64,000 nt of DNA from a virus (lineage: Duplodnaviria > Caudoviricetes), in the IMG/VR virus record IMGVR_UViG_3300025671_008697. One strand, written 5' to 3'. The notes beneath the pieces are model-generated. The model did not search any database. It was not told where the DNA came from and was given only the letters and a program-made list of their open reading frames with translations. The number at the start of each line of letters is the position of its first letter. Positions within the stretch are counted from its first letter, which is position 1. The position numbers were made by a program, and so were the translations under genes. Positions 18,921 to 27,076 of this stretch are shown here, in pieces.

Positions 18921-19874
18921 ATGAATAAGAAAACTGTAAGCGCGAAGCAGATTACGCCTAAAGCCGCTGGCGCTACCCCAACTCCAATCCCAAAACTAAC
19001 TAAACCTGTTATGCCAGTTCCAGGCAAACCACAAACTGCTGCACAATTTCAACAGCCAGGCCAAGGACAGCAATTTGATTTTACTAAAGTTCATGTACAC
19101 TTTGCTGTGCCCTGCTATGGCGGTGTTGTCAGTGAACCTACAATGACAAGTTTCATTAGATTTACACTTATGGCAAGTCGTGTTGGTTTAAACTGGAGTT
19201 TAGACACTATGGTCAATGAATCATTGGTTACAAGGGCACGTAATAATTTGTGTGCTAAAATGATGACCAACGAAAATGCGACTCATTTTATGTTTATCGA
19301 CGCAGATATTAGATTTGAAGCAGAGGCTATCTTTGGCATGATTGCTGCTGACAAAGATGTAATCGGCGGATTGTATCCTAAAAAATCTTTGCCCATTGAC
19401 TATGTAATTAACTTAAAAAATGGTGGCCGAATTGAGGGCCCTTGCTTCCAAGTTGATACACAAGGCACAGGATTCTTACTGTTTAAGAAACATGTCTATA
19501 AGCAACTAATCGATGCACATCCTGAATGCAAATATGTAGACGATATTGGATTAGGTAAACAGTTTGAACCATGGATGTACAGTATCTTTGATACCGTCAT
19601 TGATGAAAAAGGACACTACTTGAGTGAGGATTGGACATTCTGCCGGCGTTGGCAGGCATTGGGTGGAGATATTTGGGCAGACAGTCGTGTGCTACTCAAC
19701 CACATTGGACACTACGAGTTTAAAGGTGATCTATCAGCACTAGAGCGGAAAGGCCTAAAACGTGTTGACATTAACAGCCCTGAAGGTAAGGCTGCAATGG
19801 AAGCACAACAACGTGCGGCACAAGAAGCACTAGCCAAAGCACAAGAAGCACAGAGTGTCGGACAGCCAGCCTAA
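18921..19874 (+). CDS. GT-A-fold glycosyltransferase-like protein with Pro/Gln-rich N-terminus
   Basis: FAVPCYGG, RARNNL, FMFIDADI (DxD), GTGFLL, SEDWTFC. Confidence 0.7.
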   Translation: MNKKTVSAKQITPKAAGATPTPIPKLTKPVMPVPGKPQTAAQFQQPGQGQQFDFTKVHVHFAVPCYGGVVSEPTMTSFIRFTLMASRVGLNWSLDTMVNESLVTRARNNLCAKMMTNENATHFMFIDADIRFEAEAIFGMIAADKDVIGGLYPKKSLPIDYVINLKNGGRIEGPCFQVDTQGTGFLLFKKHVYKQLIDAHPECKYVDDIGLGKQFEPWMYSIFDTVIDEKGHYLSEDWTFCRRWQALGGDIWADSRVLLNHIGHYEFKGDLSALERKGLKRVDINSPEGKAAMEAQQRAAQEALAKAQEAQSVGQPA

Positions 19875-20301
19875 TTTAGAAACTATAGCATTTAAAATCG
19901 GATTAACCGGTACTTACTGGGACCGGAAACCAAAATGTAGTGTATTACTAAATGGTGAAAATAAATCTAATTTAGTTTGTGATGAAAATTTGCAATATGC
20001 CGAATTTACATGTGATTTGGCTGAAAGGCAAGAACATCTACTAGAAATAAAGTTAGAAAATAAAACTATTACTGACACTATTGTAGAAAACAGCAAAATA
20101 GTCAAAGACATGCTGTTAAACATTAAAAGCATTGAAATTGACGAAATGGAATTAGGCGAAATTAAATGGAATCTCAGCGAGTTTGTGGCAGACGATCCAA
20201 ATAGACCAACACTAAAAAATTGTGTAAACCTGGGCTGGAATGGTAGTTATCGACTAAAATTTACCAGCCCATTTTACCTTTGGCTCCTAGAAAACATGTA
20301 A
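19855..20301 (+). CDS. Hypothetical beta-rich protein
   Basis: 148 aa; resembles 62581..63003 by eye. Confidence 0.6.
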   Translation: MSDSQPNLETIAFKIGLTGTYWDRKPKCSVLLNGENKSNLVCDENLQYAEFTCDLAERQEHLLEIKLENKTITDTIVENSKIVKDMLLNIKSIEIDEMELGEIKWNLSEFVADDPNRPTLKNCVNLGWNGSYRLKFTSPFYLWLLENM

Positions 20302-20304
20302 CGC

Positions 20305-20331
20305 TAAATACTATATTAATCTTAGTATAGT
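20305..20331 (+). promoter_or_regulatory. TAAATA motif plus 9-bp AT-rich inverted repeat abutting the ATG
   Basis: TAAATA 20305-20310; stem 20310-20318 pairs with 20323-20331 (one G-U); no SD. Confidence 0.45.
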
Positions 20332-22683
20332 ATGTATTCGTTTGAACTTTTTGAAGCACCTAAAAATATTGTAGTCTTATATGCAGGGCGTTTCCAGCCC
20401 TTCCACAAAGGACACAGAGCAGTCTACGAATACCTTGTAAAAAAGTTCGGCCGTGATGCTGTCTACATTAGCACCAGCAACAAAACTGACAACGATAAAA
20501 GTCCTTTTACATTCAGCGACAAAGCATATTTTATGCAGATCCAAGGTATTCCTATGGATCGTGTCAGAGAAACAAATCAGCCCTATCAAAATCCCGAATT
20601 AGTAAAAACATTTGATCCTGAAAACACTGCACTGATTGTGGCAGTTAGCGACAAAGACAAGGATCGCTTTGGCAAGATTGGATTTAAGAAAGACGGTAGT
20701 TTAAGTTTCTTCCAGGACATACCCAATGAACTTGGAGACATGGCTCCCATTAGCCAGCACGGTTATGTAATGACTGTGCCCACATTTGATTTCAATGTAT
20801 ATGGTAAACCTATGCGTAGTGCTACAGAAGTACGTGCTATGTATCGAGCAGCCAACGAGCAAGTACGTAAAGAAATAATTAAGGATCTATTTGGCAAGTG
20901 GACAAAGGAAGCCGAACAGATCATGAATGCCAAACTACAAGAAGACATCATGCCAGCAAGTCAGGGCACTATCAGTCCTGTTCATGAAAGTTGGAGCAAA
21001 AAATACAAGAAAAGTATCGATTGCAGCAACCCCAAAGGCTTTAGTCAAAAGGCGCACTGTGCTGGACGCAAAGCAAGACAAGGCGGTAAAAAGACAAAAA
21101 GTCAAAGTGTAAGTGAAAACTTAGAAGGACGCATGATTGATCTTACTAAAAACTTTCCTACTTACACAAGTTTAATCGGTAAAATTACAAAAGAAAATCC
21201 CACTAAAGTTACAATCGAAATCGTACAGGCAGATGGTCCAGGCAACGTAAAAGTTGGTGATGAACTACGCATTGCCACAAACTATATTAAACGACTGCCT
21301 ATTACAGAAAGTCATCATACAGACATTCCCGGCATGCTGGAAAAGTTTTTGCCAATTGCAATGAAAGAATTAGGCATTGCTAAACTACCCAGCATTAAGT
21401 TAACCAAGCACCTAAAGCCACACGGCACACAGGCCAGTTTTGGCATGTACAACCCAGACGATGGCAAAATTTATTTGGCCGTTGCTGATCGTCACCCCGT
21501 AGACATTTTACGAACATTGGCACACGAACTGGTACACTTTAGTCAAGACGGCAAACATGAGTTAGATGCAGACAGTGGTGAAACAGGCAGTGATGAAGAA
21601 AACGAAGCCAACTCAGTTGCCGGCGTCATTATGCGTCAGTTCAACAATGAGTTTCCTGATGCAATTAAGAGCGAACCACTATTAGCAGAAAACTTATTAA
21701 ACAAGGCAACACCAACTCCACAAGAAATTATGCAAAAGCATGGCATGACTGATCAAGAGTTTATGCAGCAACTACGTTTGGGTCGTGCAGTGGAAATGGA
21801 ACACACAAACAATCCAAAGGTAGCAATTGAAATTGCCTTGGACCACATCAATGAACGCCCAGACTACTACACTATGTTAAAAAGTGTAGAACGTCCTATG
21901 GGCGAAAGTAAAAAAAAAGTAGTTAGCGCAAACTACGGCATTGGCAAAACGCCCGGTGCACTAGCACGAGTAGGACCCAAAGGTCAAGTACCCCGTGCTC
22001 GACTACACGTTAACGTTCCTAAGAAGACTGCTATAAAATTAGGTATACCTCACACACATCTTAAAGAAGCGTTCGACGCACCTTACCCAATGACTTGGGA
22101 ACACGGTGACGATAACGAGTCACATGATGCACTGGTTAAACTACCAGACGGTACTAACCTAAGCATTATGTTCAGCAAGGAGTATGCCGAGCCTGACTAC
22201 GTAGAAGAAGAATGGCAAGTAGAGTTTTATCGCAACCACAGTCAAGATGTCACAGGCGAAGGTGATGCACAGCGTATATTTGCCACAGTATTGAGTGCTA
22301 TCCAACAGTTTATTAAATTAGAAGAACCAAAGCGTATAAAATTTAGTGCCGCTAAACAAACAGGCGATATGACGCCAAATGCCAGCAGAACAAGTTTATA
22401 TAACAGACTTGTACAACGTTTTGCCAATAATTTAGGGTATGGCGTAAAAACTACAGACCATTCATTGAATACAGTGTATGAATTAGAAAAATTGCAAGAA
22501 GGCATGGCGGAAAACTTTGCCGACGGTAAGGTAAAAGGCCGAAGTCGCCCAGGGCGTGTAAAAGCAGCAGGCGCAAGTTGTAAAGGATCAGTCACTGACT
22601 TACGTGCTCGAGCAAAAAAGTATAGTGGTGAACGTGGTAAAATGTATCACTGGTGTGCAAACATGAAAGCAGGGAAAAAATAA
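20332..22683 (+). CDS. Modular putative internal head polyprotein: NMNAT-like HxGH domain, basic Cys peptides, HExxH zincin-like domain, other modules
   Basis: MYSFELFEA N-terminus; GRFQPFHKGH and SATEVR; LAHELVH; modules bounded by LQE, VHE, VSE, ITE, LAE, MGE, LKE, LQE. Confidence 0.65.
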   Translation: MYSFELFEAPKNIVVLYAGRFQPFHKGHRAVYEYLVKKFGRDAVYISTSNKTDNDKSPFTFSDKAYFMQIQGIPMDRVRETNQPYQNPELVKTFDPENTALIVAVSDKDKDRFGKIGFKKDGSLSFFQDIPNELGDMAPISQHGYVMTVPTFDFNVYGKPMRSATEVRAMYRAANEQVRKEIIKDLFGKWTKEAEQIMNAKLQEDIMPASQGTISPVHESWSKKYKKSIDCSNPKGFSQKAHCAGRKARQGGKKTKSQSVSENLEGRMIDLTKNFPTYTSLIGKITKENPTKVTIEIVQADGPGNVKVGDELRIATNYIKRLPITESHHTDIPGMLEKFLPIAMKELGIAKLPSIKLTKHLKPHGTQASFGMYNPDDGKIYLAVADRHPVDILRTLAHELVHFSQDGKHELDADSGETGSDEENEANSVAGVIMRQFNNEFPDAIKSEPLLAENLLNKATPTPQEIMQKHGMTDQEFMQQLRLGRAVEMEHTNNPKVAIEIALDHINERPDYYTMLKSVERPMGESKKKVVSANYGIGKTPGALARVGPKGQVPRARLHVNVPKKTAIKLGIPHTHLKEAFDAPYPMTWEHGDDNESHDALVKLPDGTNLSIMFSKEYAEPDYVEEEWQVEFYRNHSQDVTGEGDAQRIFATVLSAIQQFIKLEEPKRIKFSAAKQTGDMTPNASRTSLYNRLVQRFANNLGYGVKTTDHSLNTVYELEKLQEGMAENFADGKVKGRSRPGRVKAAGASCKGSVTDLRARAKKYSGERGKMYHWCANMKAGKK

Positions 22684-22856
22684 TGGCAATAAGTGTATTA
22701 AAAACTTGGTGGGGAGTCACTAAAGGCTTCTTTACGGGCGGCCCAATAGGTGCAGTTATCGGCGGCAATGAAAGTGAGGCCGAGCAAGTAGCTGCCGATG
22801 AAATGCCATCCATTGAAGAATCTATTCGTAAAGACGAAGAAGATAAGGCAAACTAA
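22683..22856 (+). CDS. Small protein with glycine-zipper-like segment
   Basis: ATG overlaps the previous stop; GGPIGAVIGG; acidic tail. Confidence 0.5.
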   Translation: MAISVLKTWWGVTKGFFTGGPIGAVIGGNESEAEQVAADEMPSIEESIRKDEEDKAN

Positions 22857-22895
22857 AAAAGACATAACAGCCAACGAAGAAAAGGTAAATTTGTA

Positions 22896-23510
22896 ATGAA
22901 AAATCTATTATTAATTGTATTAGCATCAATTGCATTGTCAGGTTGTAGCACAACAAAAACTCAAGAGTCAGAACTTACACTGTGCAAAGGCAAGTTTGCC
23001 TTGTGTGCTGCCAGTACCTGTAAACCCACTGGTCGTACAATGACCACCAATAACGGTGTAACTTATCCTGAAATGGCCTGTACCTGTCCTGTGTTGGACG
23101 GCTACAGTATTGCCGATTTAACTGCTGGTGTTATGCAAGGTACTTGTGCAGTAGATGATCCCAGCACACAGGTTTGGAGTCTGTTTGCGCCACGCATATT
23201 TTACCCACAAGAAGCCAGTGACTTTGTACAAACACCCAAGTCTGCTACTAAAGCCACTGTGCAGAGTTGCCCAGGTGAACTGGCACCAGAATCTGTAAAT
23301 TGTTTTGGCATGATGTGTACCTATGACAAAGACCCTGTTAACGGCACACAAACTGCTACCTGCACCTGCCCTAGCAGACAGATTGAAAAAGGCACAGAGT
23401 TCTTAATTGAGGCAGGACAAGGTGACCCCAGTTACTGCGCCCGGCACCCAGTAAGTGCTCCTGATCCATTTGCACAGGGCTATCCCGATGTGTGGTTAAC
23501 GAGGAAGTAA
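22896..23510 (+). CDS. Cysteine-rich lipoprotein
   Basis: Lipobox LSGC; many Cys including two CTCP motifs. Confidence 0.7.
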   Translation: MKNLLLIVLASIALSGCSTTKTQESELTLCKGKFALCAASTCKPTGRTMTTNNGVTYPEMACTCPVLDGYSIADLTAGVMQGTCAVDDPSTQVWSLFAPRIFYPQEASDFVQTPKSATKATVQSCPGELAPESVNCFGMMCTYDKDPVNGTQTATCTCPSRQIEKGTEFLIEAGQGDPSYCARHPVSAPDPFAQGYPDVWLTRK

Positions 23511-23511
23511 T

Positions 23512-23715
23512 GTGAAACTGTACGAACTGTTTGATACTGTATCCGAGCAACTGACCTACAAGGGTTATGCTTGCCGCATCGACTGTTCGGGGCACATTGC
23601 AGGCTACGAGTGGGCACGACAGCACAATATTACAGATCCAGACGCATGTCCATATCGCCCCAGCCATCCCAGTTTTTATGAAGGCTGCAGAAGTTACGCT
23701 GAAGGCAGAACATGA
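23512..23715 (+). CDS. Small putative head-targeted protein
   Basis: GTG start, MKLYELFDTVSE N-terminus; three Cys. Confidence 0.6.
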   Translation: MKLYELFDTVSEQLTYKGYACRIDCSGHIAGYEWARQHNITDPDACPYRPSHPSFYEGCRSYAEGRT

Positions 23716-23990
23716 AGCAAATTGAAATTAAATTAGATGTTTACGGAGCATGGAAAGACGTTGCACCAGCATACAGAATTTATATAGACGATGAGATGAT
23801 ATGTGAGCGTGGTTTTTATGCTATGGAATATGAATTCTGTCAGGAAAAAATATTAGTGGAATTACCTGCAGGAACAAGTCACCTAATTAAATTTGAACCT
23901 CTCCCCACAATTCGAGGAAACACTTTAAGTTATAAAAACCTTAGAATGAATGGAATAATGATAGAACCTGGGTTCACTGTTCCAAACTAA
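23712..23990 (+). CDS. Hypothetical beta-rich protein
   Basis: 92 aa, coupled to the upstream gene. Confidence 0.55.
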   Translation: MKQIEIKLDVYGAWKDVAPAYRIYIDDEMICERGFYAMEYEFCQEKILVELPAGTSHLIKFEPLPTIRGNTLSYKNLRMNGIMIEPGFTVPN

Positions 23991-23993
23991 ATA
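23988..23993 (+). promoter_or_regulatory. TAAATA late-type promoter
   Basis: Overlaps a stop codon; leader contains SD AAGGA before 24015. Confidence 0.55.
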
Positions 23994-24014
23994 TAGCATA
24001 AGGACCTTTTTGAC

Positions 24015-24314
24015 ATGAAAACCCAAGAATTTTTAAAAGAAGACATTGTTACAGATGCCGCAGAAATGCATACCGATCACGAAGTACAAATGGCACGCAG
24101 TCAGTGTTATCATGCTGCCGAAGATGCTATCGCACTACACAAACTACTACGTCATATTTCAGAAGCACAGGGCATTGAAGGCTGGGTCGCTGCAAAAATC
24201 ACACTGGCAGCAGACTACTTGAACAAAGTTCGTGAGTATTTAGAATATGATTTAATGAGCGCACAAGAGCCTGGCGAAGAAATGCCTGTGGCAGAAGATG
24301 AAGACAAGCAATGA
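24015..24314 (+). CDS. Putative internal head protein with T4-like capsid-targeting sequence
   Basis: MKTQEFLKE closely resembles the T4 IPII/IPIII targeting peptide MKTYQEFIAE. Confidence 0.65.
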   Translation: MKTQEFLKEDIVTDAAEMHTDHEVQMARSQCYHAAEDAIALHKLLRHISEAQGIEGWVAAKITLAADYLNKVREYLEYDLMSAQEPGEEMPVAEDEDKQ

Positions 24315-24529
24315 AAATTAGGGATATTATCAGTGAAGAAGCCAGTGCAGGCGCAACCGCAGCAGGCAACATTGCCACTGTGAATAATCCTAACATTGCA
24401 AGACAGAAAATTAAAAGAGATCGTAACGGTATACCCAAAGCACCACAGGCACTAAACCCTAACGGCACTGCAAAAAATGCCTTAGACATAGATGCAAACA
24501 TTACTGGCGGCCCAATGTTTAAGAGATAA
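24311..24529 (+). CDS. Putative internal head peptide
   Basis: MKIRDIISE N-terminus followed by a Glu-free basic remainder. Confidence 0.6.
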   Translation: MKIRDIISEEASAGATAAGNIATVNNPNIARQKIKRDRNGIPKAPQALNPNGTAKNALDIDANITGGPMFKR

Positions 24530-24531
24530 TA

Positions 24532-27075
24532 ATGGATATTAAGAAGTTTTTAGAAACAGTTGACAAGTTCGACTTTGCAGGTGAAAAACAAGGACAACAA
24601 CCTGGCCAACAATGGCAGGGCACAGACAAAGGTCTGCCTGGTACTAAACTTGTGGGCGAAGAACTTGATTCCAATGTTGTTCTTATTCAAGATCCTAAAG
24701 GCCAATACTTAGACAAACTAGATATAAATGTGGCTGCAAAAAAATATAATTTTAATGCCAATGATATAAAACAACAGTTACAGCATCAAGACTTTACTCA
24801 AATTGGAAATATAAGAGTAATAAAGCCAATAGCAGCAGAAAATGTCATTAAAGAATTAGAAGACTATGTAAAAGAAACTTCTACAGAGCGTAAACTTAAA
24901 CGTGACTTTGATAACTTTGACAGTGAAGATTGGGCAGATTGGGACGCCAAAATTAAAAGACTGAAACAACTTGCCAAACAAGGCGAACTGGTTACTGTAT
25001 GGGACAAAGAGAAACGTGTTTATAAAAATGTTCCTAAAAGCGAAATAAAAGAATACCAAAATAGAATGGATCCTGATGCGCAGGTAACTAGCCCTCCCAG
25101 TCCAGATGCTAGTCAAACTGCTATAGATCAGATTAAAGATAAAATTTTTGCACGTGATGTAGAAGGTGAAACTGTTGAAGAACAAACGCCTACAACTACT
25201 CCCCCAGCACCTGGTGCTCAACAATTTAAATTTACACCGGACCAAGAAAAATGGTTAGGTGGTGCTAATCGTCAAGATCCCGATATCCTAAAAAGAATGC
25301 CTGGGCCAAAACCCGGCGTAGATTATTTTAAAGGTCAAGACGATCAAGCAAGAGCAAAAACATTAAACATCGGTAGACAAAACTTAAACACCGTTAAAGG
25401 TGTAGTTGGTGCACAAAAAGATGCTCCTGAAGTGTTTCCTACAAGGCCAGCGGCTGCACCTGCAGTGGCGGTGCCAAAACCACAGGCTGCTGCACCTGCA
25501 CCTACAAGACCTGTAGTAGTAGACGAACCTAGAAAGACTGCGTTAGATCCTAATGCATACAAAAAAGTACCACAACAAACAATAAAAGTAGATGCACCAG
25601 CAGCAACAACTGCTCCAGCAGCTGCAGTACAACAAGCTGATAGGCCAGCAAGAACAACATGGCGGAGTTTGGCAAAACTAAATCCACAAATTAAAAATCC
25701 AGATAGAATATATCCAGGTCAGGAAATTACATTACCCGATGGTTCTAAAGCAGTTGTCGACAAAGGTGATACACTAAGCGGTATTGCACAACGTTATAGA
25801 CAAGGTGGCTATGCAGATAGTACACCAGTAAAAACAGCGCCTGCAACTGCTACTTCCACACCAGTTAAACCTCAGCCTGATCTAAAAGGAACTGAATTAC
25901 CTAAAGTAAGCGGTAAGGCTGCTAGTCAACTACAAAAAGGTAGAGAATACCGTGCTCGCCAGGCAGCAAAACAAGATAACACAAACCTAGGTGGCAATGC
26001 TGCTGACCCAGAAGCACAGGCTTTTGCAAAACCAGATACACCCAAAGCAGAACCAGGTGTAACTGCTACTGCAAATCTAGGTGTATCACAAGGCGGAATA
26101 GCTGCTGCTTTTGGTGATTTAAAGAAACGTGACGATGGCAATTGGTACTTTCCAGGCGGTGTAAAAGTAACTAATCCAAAAACTATTGCTGCGGCAAACA
26201 AGGCTGCGGTGCAAACTAGTACTAGACCAACTGCAATCGCAAGTAACAATGCACGACAAGAACCAACTAGATCAACCGCAAAGAATTTTAAACCAATGCC
26301 TAGTTACATTTTAAATCAGATACCAGGTGTTGAGAGTAACAACAATCCCAAGGCTGTAGGTGCAGCAGGAGAAACTGGTGCATGGCAAACTATAGCCGGC
26401 ACTTTAAAAGACCCAGGTTACGGTGTTGAACCTGCACGAGATAACAGTCCTGAAGAGTTAGCAAGAGTGGGTAAAGATTATGCTAATGCTATGTACAATA
26501 AGTACAGAGATCCTGAAAAAGCATTGGCTGCATATAATGCCGGACCTGGTGCAGTAGATAAAGCAATTCGTGCAGCATCAATGAGACCTGGTTCAGATTG
26601 GAAAGATTTCATTCCAAAATCTACCAGAGAGCAATATTTGACAAAATACAACTTACAGCCGCCGACAAGATTAGCAGCAAAAGGCGGCGCTACTGTTGAA
26701 TCGCTAATGTCAGACTATCGCAAGTTTGTTGCAGAATACGGCAATCAACAGGCGCCTGACCAACAGGCTACTAGCCAAGACAGTGCAGAAAGTGATGCAG
26801 AAGCAGAACTAAAACGTCAGCGCATGGACCGACGTGTCAGTCAAGCAACACTGGCTGGTTTAAGCGCAGTGCTACCTCCAGGCACAAACACCGCAGTGGC
26901 AGCAACTGCATTAAATAAAATTGTTGATCAGAAGCCACTGAGTCCACAGGAAAACCAAGTTATAGGCACACTGATGCCGTTGTTGGCTAGAGCAGCAGAA
27001 GAACCTAGTACTAGTAGCAGTCTAAAAACCGCATTGGGACGTGCAGGTATGTTAACAAAATTAGGAAAGCAGTGA
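24532..27075 (+). CDS. Modular virion protein with permuted LysM and SLT lytic transglycosylase domain
   Basis: WRSLAKLNPQIKNPDRIYPGQEITLP followed by VDKGDTLSGIAQRY; VESNNNP, ALAAYNAGPG; Pro/Ala-rich linkers. Confidence 0.75.
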   Translation: MDIKKFLETVDKFDFAGEKQGQQPGQQWQGTDKGLPGTKLVGEELDSNVVLIQDPKGQYLDKLDINVAAKKYNFNANDIKQQLQHQDFTQIGNIRVIKPIAAENVIKELEDYVKETSTERKLKRDFDNFDSEDWADWDAKIKRLKQLAKQGELVTVWDKEKRVYKNVPKSEIKEYQNRMDPDAQVTSPPSPDASQTAIDQIKDKIFARDVEGETVEEQTPTTTPPAPGAQQFKFTPDQEKWLGGANRQDPDILKRMPGPKPGVDYFKGQDDQARAKTLNIGRQNLNTVKGVVGAQKDAPEVFPTRPAAAPAVAVPKPQAAAPAPTRPVVVDEPRKTALDPNAYKKVPQQTIKVDAPAATTAPAAAVQQADRPARTTWRSLAKLNPQIKNPDRIYPGQEITLPDGSKAVVDKGDTLSGIAQRYRQGGYADSTPVKTAPATATSTPVKPQPDLKGTELPKVSGKAASQLQKGREYRARQAAKQDNTNLGGNAADPEAQAFAKPDTPKAEPGVTATANLGVSQGGIAAAFGDLKKRDDGNWYFPGGVKVTNPKTIAAANKAAVQTSTRPTAIASNNARQEPTRSTAKNFKPMPSYILNQIPGVESNNNPKAVGAAGETGAWQTIAGTLKDPGYGVEPARDNSPEELARVGKDYANAMYNKYRDPEKALAAYNAGPGAVDKAIRAASMRPGSDWKDFIPKSTREQYLTKYNLQPPTRLAAKGGATVESLMSDYRKFVAEYGNQQAPDQQATSQDSAESDAEAELKRQRMDRRVSQATLAGLSAVLPPGTNTAVAATALNKIVDQKPLSPQENQVIGTLMPLLARAAEEPSTSSSLKTALGRAGMLTKLGKQ

Positions 27076-27076
27076 T

